From Eledone cirrhosa (Eukaryota), in contig OZ024742.1 in the NCBI GenBank assembly GCA_964016885.1, positions 109,802,001-109,866,000 on the forward strand: DNA of 64,000 nt, read 5' to 3'. Below the pieces are notes generated by a model that did no database searches, was not told the DNA's origin, and saw only the letters and a program-made list of their open reading frames with translations. How positions within the stretch are numbered: position 1 is the stretch's first letter; each line of letters begins with the position of its first letter. The position numbers and the translations under genes are program-made. Shown here piece by piece: positions 26,755-38,818 of this stretch.

Positions 26755-27120
26755 ATAGCTCACCTATGTAGGTTTAGCTGGTCTTTTACATGGGTGCATC
26801 TAAGAAGAGGTTTCTTGGGTGTTTTAATGATAGAGGCCTCAGGCCAATCATATACACATAATTATGCTGTTGACATAGCTCACACTTATGGAGGTTTAGC
26901 TGGCCTTTTACAAGAGAGGTTTCCTTGGATGTTTTAATGATAGGGGTCTAGTCCTATCACAAACACATATGTATGTTGTTTTTTCAGCTCACACACATGT
27001 AAGTTTAACTAGCCTCCAATGAGGTTTCTTAGATATTTTAATGATAGGGGCTTCAGTCATATCACAAACATATATTTATGTAGTTGTTACAGCTCACACA
27101 TATGTAGGTTTAGCTAACCT
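26755..27120. repeat. ~110-120 bp imperfect tandem repeat, ~3 copies
   Basis: agctcacac.tatgtaggtttagct...gaggtttc...ttttaatgatag.gg recurs. Confidence 0.75.
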
Positions 27121-27362
27121 GCTATCATTAAAAGCAATGTAAAATGAAGCATCTTACTCAAGAACAAGAACACAACGTACTACCTGGTCCAGGAATCAAA
27201 CCTACAACATTATGATTGTGAGTGATGCCCTAACCACTAGGCCACACATTCACAATCTGGTGACAGAGAACCCACTAGAAACTATTCTAATTAGAGGATT
27301 TGAACTCAACACTGTCAGCTAAAAAAAAAAAAAAAAAAAAAAGAAAACGTAGTTATATAATA

Positions 27363-27522
27363 CAGGTAAAATTCCATTATAACAAATTTTTCAGTATAAC
27401 AAAATTTTTTTCAATCCCCAGCCACATGCTCAATGTGTTAGGTTGATCTTATAAAGAATTTTTCGTTGCAACAAATTTTATTTTATACCTAGTGAATTTT
27501 GTTATATAACGGAATTTCACTG
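27363..27522. mobile_element. Tc1/mariner (Tigger-like) MITE
   Basis: TA-caggtaaaattccattataac ... gttatataacggaatttcactg-TA imperfect TIRs. Confidence 0.65.
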
Positions 27523-27559
27523 TAATTCTATGGTACATATAATGCTGGTATGGTATATA

Positions 27560-28018
27560 ATTCATCATCGTCATTTTATATCTATCTTTCCTTGCTTGCA
27601 TGGGTCTTTTCCAGCACAGATTCCACCCATTTGTATTCCTTCATCTTCTCCTGTGAGGTTCAGTATCATGAGATCAGCTCTCACCAACTTTGCCCAGGTT
27701 TTTTCTGGTCTTCCTCTACTTCAGCTTCCTTCCCCCGAGATCTTTTTGCACTTCTTCCCTTAATGATCATCATCCAAAAGTATCACATGTCCATACCAAT
27801 GCAGTCTTCTCTCCTGTACACTGCATCCAATTCCTCTTATACACTGTTCTTCTCCCAGTTTATCCATGCTTCAACATTCATGCACACTAACATTACACAT
27901 CCATCAGAACATGTGAAACTCATTTCTCTCCAGCCTTCACATATCCTCTGCAGTCACTACCTATGCCTCACTACCATGCAGCATTGCACTTTACATGCAG
28001 ACATCATATAGAGTAATG
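27560..28018 (-). mobile_element. RTE-type LINE 3' fragment
   Basis: Minus strand: AMLHGSE..VTAEDM.RLERNE...WMCNVSVH...VQERRLHWYGHV...RGRPEKTW; atg-repeat tail. Confidence 0.8.
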
Positions 28019-28386
28019 ATATGTATGTATATATGTATGTTTTATATATATATATATATGTATTTGAATATATACACTATGACAGTACTATATAGTATAT
28101 ATAGCTCTATACTATAGCATCACTCTATATAATGCCTGAGTGTAAAGTGCAATGCTGCATGGTAGTGAGACATAGGTAGTGACTGCAGATGTAGCAGAAA
28201 AGAAAGAGATACACAATCTTAATAAGAGGCAATAACACTGAAATAATTGTAGATTGTTTCTCTCTGCTACTGCTGGAACAAAAGGATGCCATTAGTCATC
28301 TAGAACTCAAGGCGTTAGGAAACTGTTTACTTACAAACAAATCAAATATTAATAATATTATTATAATATTATTATTCACTCGTGAA

Positions 28387-28431
<45 letters not shown>

Positions 28432-28801
28432 CACTGTCATAATATATATATAATTATATATACTACATATACTATAACAGTATTGTCATCATCACATGCC
28501 ATTTATAGCAATGTGGACAGGTTTACTTTCTCTATTGACACATTGGACTGGCTGAAAAATAAAACAAAATGTTTATTTTAATAAGTGAACTGGTATCCAA
28601 TATTCTCTGAAAATGTTAGTAGTCATTGTGCAAAATACTTCTTCCTGTGACAACAGTGTGCACTGAGAGGCTAGAGTGCTTAAAATATTCCTATTATGTC
28701 TCACTGAAGTGGTTCTGTATGGAATGGTTATCGCTGGAATAATCTTGATTTGAAGTCTGCTGGCCTGTATGTATGGGAAAACATACAATGGTGATGATGA
28801 T

Positions 28802-28836
<35 letters not shown>

Positions 28837-29059
28837 TATATATATATATATATATATGTATGTATATTCGAACACAAGTTTGCAGCCATCTCGCGCGCGC
28901 GCGTGCGTGCGTGCGAAAGTAATATACATATTAATGAAAACAGCCAGCCACTTGGTCGTTGATACTATAATATTTATACATATATTACCAAGGAGGGGGA
29001 GGGGTCTTTGTTATCCACTACAGCACTGTTGGCCAACCAGCCACGACCATCCAGCCATA

Positions 29060-29245
29060 TTGGCAGTATCGGTAGAGGGTCGGACGCCATGCTTTCCAGC
29101 ATAGTTACGTCCCTTTACGATCTGAGTTCAAATCCCGCCGAGGTTGACTTTGCCTTTCATCCTTACGGGGTCGATAAAATAAAGTACCAGTAATGCACTG
29201 GGTTATTGCTGGCCTTGTGCCTAAAGTAGAAACAATTATTATTAT
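29060..29245 (+). mobile_element. Young Nin/Deu-core SINE
   Basis: Nearly identical to the copy at 46260-46445. Confidence 0.88.
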
Positions 29246-29633
29246 TATTGGCAAAATCCTGCATTGGTACTTCTTTGGTAGCTCTACTACTACTAGTACT
29301 ACTACTGTCACTATGTACATTTGTATTACCAGTAATACTGGTTAGAATAAGACAGAGGAAGAAAGAGAGCCTAGTGATGCAGAGAAGAGTGAACTAGGGA
29401 GAGTGGGCATAGACATCTATCTATGAGAGAGAGAGGTGGACGGACAGACTAGAGACAGAATACTGATAATAGTAGGTAGGCAGTCGGTTACCATAGCTAC
29501 CAAAGTGTAGTTAAAAATAAAAGCTGTATCCTTGAAACGTCCTTCACCTTGTATTTCCCCCCTCACACTTAGCTGTAGCTTGCTAGCTAACACACACTAT
29601 TCATATGAAAACACTGCAACTATATAAGAGAGT

Positions 29634-29664
<31 letters not shown>

Positions 29665-30294
29665 TGCGCGTGTGCGTGTGAAGGAAAGACAAAGAGCGAG
29701 AAAGAGACAATAGAGAGTAAGGGGAGAGACAAAAGAATTTCTCTATTTCAAATATCCCTGTATTCGATTTTCATAATTATGCATACAAATATTCAGAATT
29801 TACGTAAAAAAAAAAAAAAAAAAAATAAGAGAGAGAAAAGCGATACACTCAATCTCACACCCAAGGGGCGCTGGAGTTTCCCTCTAATAATTCTTTAGAC
29901 AAGACAACACATTCGCAGCATTGCCACAGGTGATGGCTGGACTAAATTACTCGAATAGCCAGGAAAACCCGTAGACTTTTTTTTTCCTCTCTCTCTATCG
30001 CATCTGAAATGTATTTGCTTTTATTATGAAAAGCTGCTTCAATTTATGTAAAGACTAGAAAATAGTCTAAAAGTCAGGTAATTTACCCTTGGAGATAGAA
30101 AATAGATGGTCACTTTTGCCAAGAGAAGTAAAGTGTCTTGCTCGAGGACAATATACTGCTGGGAATTGAACTTACAACTATAGAATCGGGAGCTGAACAC
30201 CCTAACCACTAAGTAATCCACTCTTGAATAATACTATTAAATGAAATTATCCTATGTGTATATTGAGTTATAAGTTACATCTGGTTTATAGCAA

Positions 30295-30562
30295 TGTTGT
30301 TGATGGCATTCCGTCGGTTATGACAACGACTGTTCCAATTGATCCAATCAACAGAACAGCCTGCTCGTGAAATTTACGTGCAAGTGGCTGAGCATTCCAC
30401 AGATGCGTAATCTTAACGTAGTTCTCTGGGAGATTTAGCGTGATACTGAACATGACAAAGCTGGCTCTTCGAATTACAGGTACAACTCATTTTTGCCAGC
30501 TGAGTGGACTAGAACTCATGATTGTGAGTTGAATACCCAAACCACAAAGCCATGCGCCTTCA
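30295..30562 (-). mobile_element. CORE-like SINE, internally deleted, with (CAA)n tail; related copies at ~2350-2770, ~20310-20582, ~52420-52705 and 63855-64000
   Basis: Shared body gctcagccacttgcacgt.aatttcacgagcaggctgttc and tRNA-like head. Confidence 0.7.
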
Positions 30563-31459
30563 CCTATAGCAACGTAAGAGAATGATATAACATGTTCTAC
30601 GATCCCTTAACTTGCTCAAGAACATAACACAGTGCCTGGTCCAAGAATTGAGCTCACAACCTTATGACCGTGAGTTCATTATCCTAACCACTATGCCACA
30701 TGTCTTCAACGAGAAATTATCAGATATTGTTAGAACTGCCAAACGACTGAGGGTTTTTATGTCATAGCTAGAGTGAGTGGGTATAAAGCGTTTCCTTGGT
30801 ATCTGAAACTAATTATTTCAGTTCACATTCACTAGAACAAAAACATACTTGTTTGAAATTTGCAGATTTATTTTCTATAGGATCTCAATATATTATGTCA
30901 TACACACGGAAATAGAAAGTCTGAATAGTATACTTGTGTGCTTTAAAAAAAAAGCCAGCTATCTCAAACATTTTTAGGAGAATTTTATTCATAAATTACA
31001 AAATTTTCAAATGATTTTCTTCATTTGGAATAGTTTGATCTAGGGCCGTATTATTCGTAAGGTTGACATGGCTGAAGCTTTAAGACCTTATAGGGACTAA
31101 GGATCTGTCTATGGGTTAACAGAGCCCTGGTTTAACTAACACATTCCAATAATGAGGAGTATTATACAGACGTTTTAACCATACAATGAATGTCTAAATA
31201 GTTGTTTAGGTCTGACATACATAGACTGTACAGAAAACAAATCTGATAACACATTCAACATTATTTGGCAACAATTTAGCTTAGTAATTTTTAGCAACAC
31301 ATTCTGTTTTGTGAAAGGAAATATGACTTGCATAAAGAACCCATTGTCACCTATATATTTCAGGTGTTTAACAGCTAATTTAATTACATTTATAATGAAT
31401 TTATTAATATCTTATTGAGTATTTCTAGAGTTACATGAAAAGATTCTGGTATGTTGAAA

Positions 31460-31920
31460 GGCCCAGGGCCAGCATTACCATTTGGGCCAACAAGAGTGCA
31501 GACTTCAGAGAGGTACATTACAGAACTTTAAAGGATTATAGATTTTTACAGGGCTGGTGCTACCATTAAAGCCAACTTGGCAACCAACTAGGGTACAAAC
31601 TTTAGAGAGATGCATTACTGAGTCTTAAAGGATCACAGTTTTATAGAAATTTGAATAATTAAATAAAATATATAATGATTTCCAGTGATCAATAAATAAA
31701 CCAGTAAACATCTTCACCATGCAGCAGCATTGAAGAAATAACTAAAGCTGTGGAGAGAGACATATAGTGTTATGACCTGTCATGATTTAGTATGGGTGTG
31801 TACTGTGTAGAGGAAAATGTAGGTTTATTAATTTTTTTTAGTGTGGTCAGAGCAAGAGGTGTCAAAAACTAGGTTCATCAGCTTACCAAATATAAGTTGA
31901 AATTATCTAATTTGGGAGAA
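31460..31920 (+). mobile_element. Unclassified interspersed repeat, also at ~54100-54457 in opposite orientation
   Basis: aacttggcaacc...cttaaaggatcac.gttttata.aaattt and gtgtggtcagagcaaga.gtgtcaaaaactaggtt are shared. Confidence 0.65.
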
Positions 31921-34204
31921 TAATGCGCACATTGAAGAGCTAGTATAGGGTGCTGAATACCCTCTTCAGCTGTGTCAAAAATATAGCAATATCCTTAGTT
32001 CTGATACCATGATAAAATGCACTTGGTAGAGCATGAGAACTTATGTGAGCAAAATGCAGGCCTCTAGCACTTGATAGAGCACTAGAATATATGTAAGTAA
32101 GATGCAAGCCCTCAGCCCTCAGAGATCAGTAGCTCCACTTGAGTACTGACTTGGTCAGCGACAGCCTATCCTACCCTTGCTAGCAGGTAAAACTACCATT
32201 AGATGATGATGATGATGATTATATATATATATTATTCACTCTCTAAAACAATATCAAGTGAGTAGGGATTCTAATTTTTGGAAAATCTTATAACAGTTCT
32301 GTGACAAGTTTGGAAACAGATGCTGAAGCCTAAGAGGTCTGCAGGGAATAGGGACCCCATAGAGACTCTGGTAGCCCTCGAGGACAAGAGGGTTATCAAA
32401 TGTTTTTGTTGAGATATTATTACCTGATTGAAGTGTCAAAATACCTGAAAGCTAATAGGTTAATACAACCCTACTTCCCCAGGGACATTAGGTCATTAGT
32501 GATTATGGAATTCAATGAAAGTTTCCCTATTTTCTTTTCTCTATAAACAAAAAATAATTCCGTCTGATATAACGCGAGAAACAAGAAATCTGGGATGGAG
32601 GAGCTAATTAACAGCTAAGTTAATCCATAATTCCACTCACCTCTAAGGTACTTTTATAGGTAGATTAATTAATCCAGCTTGGCTGATAACTTTGTTTCTT
32701 TGACCTTAACGAAAGAATGAAGGGCAAATTTGATGTCAGTGGGATTTCTCAAAACATAAAGAAGGGTCATAACTAAGAGTGAATTAGCCCTTTTATGATT
32801 ATATTTCTAACAAGAACATACTGCAGTTCATCATCATCTAGCAAGGGTTGGTTGATTCATCACAGACCAAGTCAATACTAAGTCAAGGCTGCTGACCTCT
32901 CAGATGGGCCAGTGGTCACATCTTGCTTAGATGTGATCCCAGGCTTTATAGAGCATACTGGGCACATATAATTGTGGACCCAGCATTAGTGAAGTTGTCA
33001 TATCTTTGACACAGCTGAAGATTCCTCTCTGATCTTTGTTTGGCAAGTTTTCTATAGCTGGATGACCTTCCTATTAGCAACCATTTTACACAGAGTCTTT
33101 ACAGGCAGCTGTATTTTAATTAACAAAATAATCAATGATTATGAGAAACTTAGTGAAACAACTATCTTTCAACACAGTAAACAAGATAAATATTTAACTC
33201 TTGAAATGATATCTGTCATGTCATTATGATTTTTCAGTCCAACATTTGAATTTAAATTTGAACACTTTAATAGGGCTGGTTTTGGACAGGTTGATGGTTA
33301 AAGCTTGCATGGAGAGCCTGGCTGATTATTCCATTTGGGACTGAATATTATTTATGGAAGCAAAAATACTCAGAGCCCTTTAAATATTTTTGGGGCTCTG
33401 GCTACAGCCCTGTCCCTCACCATCTGCAACAGGTGTAACTAAATACCACAGCCATTTAATCATCTGCTGCAATAACTGTCAATCCAATGTTTACAACCAT
33501 TGAATGTATTATTTAGCACTAATGTTGCTGTTTATTTCACTTGTTATGTGAAGGTATGTGGTTTAGTGGTTAGGGTATTCAGCTTACAATCATAAGGTCA
33601 TGATTTCGATTCCTAACAGTACATTGTGTCCTTGAGCAAGAATACATATATAGAGTCCTTAACACTACCATCATATTAACATTTTCAACAACTGAGAAGT
33701 TTATATTTAAGACAATCAATCATCATATGCTCTGCATGTGTGTGTAATACTAAAAGTTATGCACAAACATACACGCACATAAATGCAATGCATTTCTTAT
33801 CTCAGTCATGTTACTACAATAAATAGTGTGCTTTACAATCACAGGGGCCTGGGGTTCTGACTTTATATTTTTCACTATAGTTATTTCTCCAAAGTTACTT
33901 ATTCATTTAATCTTGTATGCAATTTATGTAATTATATCCTTGAAATAAATTATTAAAATAGTCTTATCTTTAATTACTTCCACATGTCAGTAATAAAAAA
34001 AAAACTATAAAGTTTCTCTTGTGCAAGTCATTAATTTATCAAAACTCAGTTTGTATAATATATCTAGTAACACTGATATATGTTATATCAATCGTAAATT
34101 CCAAAAATTAAATACGTTCAAAACTATTGCCATCATTATTGATGGCATGGAGCCCCTTGTAATATTACAATAGAACATGACATTCACCGTGGTGAACACC
34201 ACTG

Positions 34205-34620
34205 CTATTATAACAAGTCACGTTAACATAACAGTATTGATCACAAGAGAGCTGTTTACGGACTCCACCTTAGTCAATACTACAGGTACTATAACAGTCA
34301 CGTTGACGTAACAATGTTGGTCATAATAGAACTGTTTATAACCTTTACCCTGGTCAATACTGCAGTTATGACAACTGTCGTGTTGACATAACAGTATTGA
34401 TCATAAGAGAGTTGTTAATGACCTTCACCTAGGTCAACAATACAGCTATGACAACTGTCATGTAGACGTAATAATTGTTTCTACTTTTGGCACAAGGCCA
34501 GCAAATACCTAGTACATTACTGGTACTTTATTTTATCGACCCCGTAAGGATAAAAGGCAAAGTTCACCTCGGCGGGATTTGAACTCAGACCGTAAATAGA
34601 GCTGTTTGTGACCTTCACCA
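34205..34620. repeat. ~80-bp tandem repeat interrupted by a minus-strand 5'-truncated SINE (~34470-34595)
   Basis: cagtcacgttgacataacagtattgatcataagagagctgttt...gtcaatactacag units; the array resumes after the SINE. Confidence 0.75.
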
Positions 34621-35674
34621 GCAGCATCACTGAACGTGCGTGGGGGGGGGGGGGGGGGTAAAGCTAATTAAAATTGGCTACATTACACAGTTGCAAATGG
34701 TTGTCTGTTAGAATGGATATGTCAGGTTGGTGTTTTTAACCTACCTGTTCACAACAGTTATGCAAGCAGTTTATTATTTCCATAGGAACATCTATATTTG
34801 ATCTATTGAATTATCTATATCTCAAGCTACCTTCATTGTCATTGTAGTCGTTGTCCTCCTCATCATCATTGCTGCTACCGCCACCGCCACAACCATCATC
34901 CTTAATGTCACCCTCCTCCCTTCCTTTGCAGTTTTCATAATCAGTTCTAGCCCCATGGTTGGGTGATTAGCTCTGGCCATCGGCAGAATTTGAACTCAGA
35001 TCCAAAACAAACGACAAGATAGAATATCTGATGCTCTCAAGGTGTCAGTATTAAAACATATTTTAACTTGACAGCGGGAATCCGTGAAATCCAGCGCCCC
35101 TGTATATAATCATTAACATTCACTAACACCAAAAAAATGTATACCCATATTTACTAGAATGCTGTTGAAATGTGTATACATGTTTGGTGGGGACACCCCG
35201 TTTATATAAATATATGCATGGACGACTTGTCTTCTGTCCCATTTCCTGTCGTAAGAATATTTATTGCTATTTGTTTACATACTCACTTTGCTGTCGTAGT
35301 CGAAAGACATTTGTTCTCTGTCTATATCCTGTTGTGTTATCTCATTTGTATCTTTCTGGCAGCTTGTCCTAAGCTGTCGAGCAACCTGAGCTCAGTTTTA
35401 TGCAATCCACCCTTATGCATCAAATTGCATTGCCCAGAGAGTAACTGATGAGAAAGAGGATGCATCTGTTCATTCGCCCTACTTTTTTTGTTTGAACTTT
35501 GCTCTATATATATTTGTGTGAGAAAAGTCAAAGAAAACAACACTGGAGAACAATACAATTCAATGTTATATTATTTTAATGCTTGATATAGTAGGAAAAG
35601 AGTTGACGTTCACACACACTTCAATTTTGTTTTAGTTGTACAATATTCTGAATGTTACATTTTGAGAGAGTCAT

Positions 35675-36003
35675 GTTGCTAATATAAATACACGTACCAG
35701 TTGAGTTTTCAGTTTTTTACGACTAGTCATCATCATCATCTTCGTTTAACGTTCATCTTCCACGCTAGCATGGGTTAGACTAGTAATTAATTTAGCTAGT
35801 CAGGTAATTAATCCATTCTACGGCTAATTTATTTAGTAATCGGAGAGCTATTAAATAACCAGCTGTTTACTAAACCAGGCGATGAATGGATTAGTTACCT
35901 GACTAATAATTGTTTCTACTTTAGGCACAAGGCCAGTACCTGACTAATAATAAAAACCGAAGTGAAACTCAACTAGTACGTGTATTTTATTTTTATTAAC
36001 AAC
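35675..36003. mobile_element. Palindromic MITE carrying two tiny retroposed insertions
   Basis: Outer IR aaatacacgtaccagttgagttt / aaactcaactagtacgtgtattt; inner IR tagtcaggtaattaatccattc / gaatggattagttacctgacta. Confidence 0.65.
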
Positions 36004-36269
36004 CTGATCCTGCCACCCCACATAAAGCACACGCAGTTTTTCACCCTATTTTACTTCTTTAATGTCCCAAGTGCTCACAGATTGGCATGAACATCTCAGC
36101 TTCCCATTTATGTTCTTTTATTTAAAATAAACGCTTTATGGATCTATGTATACGATGAATGATAGTGATATCATCGACCGGGAAAATATAAGATGTTCAC
36201 CTTCGAATGACCTTCACCTTACTGCAATGTTGAAATATCCCACTCAACTGCCAGATAGAGAGGAGCTTT

Positions 36270-36486
36270 CTGTCTGTGTGTGTCTGTGTGTGTGTCTGTG
36301 TGTGTGTCTGTGTGTGTGTCTGTGTGTGTGTCTGTGTCTGTGTCTGTGTGTGTGTCTGTGTCTGTGTCTGTGTCTGTGTGTCTGTGTCTGTGTCTGTGTC
36401 TGTGTCTGTGTCTGTGTCTGTGTCTGTGTCTGTGTCTGTGTGTGTCTGTGTGTGTGTGTGTGTCTGTCTGTGTGTGTCTGTGTGTG
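36270..36486 (+). repeat. Compound (TG)n/(TGTGTC)n microsatellite
   Basis: Direct inspection. Confidence 0.95.
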
Positions 36487-36820
36487 AAAGGAAAAATATA
36501 AAATACACATACAAACGCGCACATGTACATACGGATTCATACACAAACATATGCATACAGATATATATATACACCTACGCACGCATATACATACATCTAT
36601 CTACACGCATACATGCAGGTTTAATTAGCTGGCCTCCAAGATTGCATCTCATATGGGGTTTTTTTTTTGTTAGTTTGTTTTTTTAACAATAGGAACTCTC
36701 AATCCTATCATGAAAAGCAATGTAGAATAAAGTGTCTTGTTCAACAACACAACGCACCACCCGGTTCAGTAACTGAATACACGACTTTCTGATCCTAAGT
36801 CCAACACCCTAACCACTTGG

Positions 36821-36873
<53 letters not shown>

Positions 36874-38664
36874 GTGTGTATGCATATCTGTTAACTCCCC
36901 GATTTCAACAATAAATGTCAAAGAATTACTTCACATACAGACGTCATCTATCTGGATAAACTGACAAAATTAAAATAAATGATTCTGTTGGCATTTTCTC
37001 GTATATGGGGGAAATAAGACCAATTACGATAGCTCAGAATTAGATATATACAACTAACTTGGTCAATGCGACACAGTTTAAAAGTGCTTAAATAGCACAA
37101 TGTTATAATAATTGACGTATGCAACAGCAACAAGTGGCTTGAATTAATAATTGTAATAGGAAATAACTGTTGGATACCGTGAATAACTATGGCAGGTTTC
37201 CTCATTTCACGGCAACAATACATTTCAGCATAAACAATACAGACAAATTTGCTAAGAATGATAAACAAATAAAAAAAAAATTCTTATAAGCCTTCTTATA
37301 TTAAAGTGTAAGTTAAAAAAAAAAAAATCCGATGAAGCTATTTCTCCACATATGTTTGTGCAAAAACGGATGTACACATACATACAAACAAATGGCAACC
37401 TTGCCTTTCACCCTTTCGATAAAATACCAGTCTACTACTTGTATCGACGCGGCGCCATGCGGTTTCGGCTTGTGTGTTCAGCAAAACCTTTCTGGAAGTT
37501 GTTGTGCTGAACACACAAGCTGAAACCGCTTCGGGCCACGGCCGAGATTTTATCTATCTCTATACCCACTCGGCATCTCCCCATGTATTGAGTACTCTCA
37601 TGATTAGTGGTCTCCCCGGTCTCAGCACCACAAACTCTCTCCCTCATTTATATATATGTAAACACACACATACGAAATCGGATCTTCAGAACTGGAGAGA
37701 GAGAGAAATGAAGGTGAAAATGAAAAAGTAAAAGTAACAAAGGAAATGATAATGAAAATAAGAGTAACAGAACTACTACTTAAGAACTGTCAAATATCCG
37801 GGAGTGTATGGGAGTGAGCGTCTGTATCTGTGTATTAAACAAAGTATGTACCTAACAACAGAACACTTCCTTTGAAATGTCGTTAAGTAGTGTTAGAGAT
37901 AAATAGATAGGTGTGTGTGTGTGTACATGTGCGTGAGAGTGAAAGAGAGAGAACGTGTATGTATGATTGTATGTAAATTTGTTGGAATGCGAAAAAGGAA
38001 GCAGACGTGTGTGTATGTATTTATCAGAGAGATATGAGAAATATGTAGACTGTGTGTGTGTATTGTGATGTGGGAGAAAGAGAGAATGTATATGTGCATT
38101 CTTAGGTGCACAATCACTCGTGAGAGAGATTGAGAAAGTGTGAGTGAGTGAGAGAAGCTACTCGAAACATGTGGATGTAAAAGTTCCTCTTTCACAGACA
38201 GGAAGCAACATTAAGTCTGTGTGTGTGTGTGTGTGTGTGTGTGTTCTCCCCCACCCCCCTATCCACACACGCACAGACACTCCGACCCATAAAAACACCC
38301 CCCACACACACCTTCCTGAACATGCAACCCCGTTCTTCCCCCAACCCTCATTTTCACACACACACACACACACCACCTTCAGCCCTCCCCGCTCGGACAC
38401 CCCGTCTCCCTCTCCCCACTCCACCCGCCACCACCCCTACTCACCCCACACCCTTCCACCACCTGTTTACCCCCCTTTTAATTTCAGTTTATTTTGATCA
38501 TGCCTTTATTTTCAAATTTTCTCCTTCCTTGTATTTTGATCATGCTTTATTTATATTTATTATATTTTTTGTCTTTATTTGTTAATTTTTCATTCGCACC
38601 GTTTCCTTTCGCTATATGTCTCTCCACCACTCCCCTACACACCTTTTGAACTCTGTTCCCACAC

Positions 38665-38740
38665 ACTTCTCACCTGAAGGGCTTATGCCCGAAACGTCCC
38701 CCCCCCCCACTCTCCTGAGCGTGAATTTAATAAACATTTA
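38665..38740 (+). ncRNA. Degenerate Penelope-type minimal hammerhead motif followed by AATAAA
   Basis: CUGAA-GGGC(uuau)GCCC-GAAAC-GUC; core lacks the GA of CUGANGA; flanks resemble the 4836-4876 relic. Confidence 0.55.
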
Positions 38741-38778
38741 TTGTACTGCCTCTCTGTTCTGTCCCTGTTCAATTTTTC

Positions 38779-38818
<40 letters not shown>

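Noticed and set aside
29480-29545. Vague resemblance to miR-9/miR-79 (taccaaag, taaaagctg)
   Set aside because: No matching mature sequence or proper hairpin
36146-36686. Several overlapping ORFs of 70-136 aa
   Set aside because: Translations of TG/TGTGTC microsatellite
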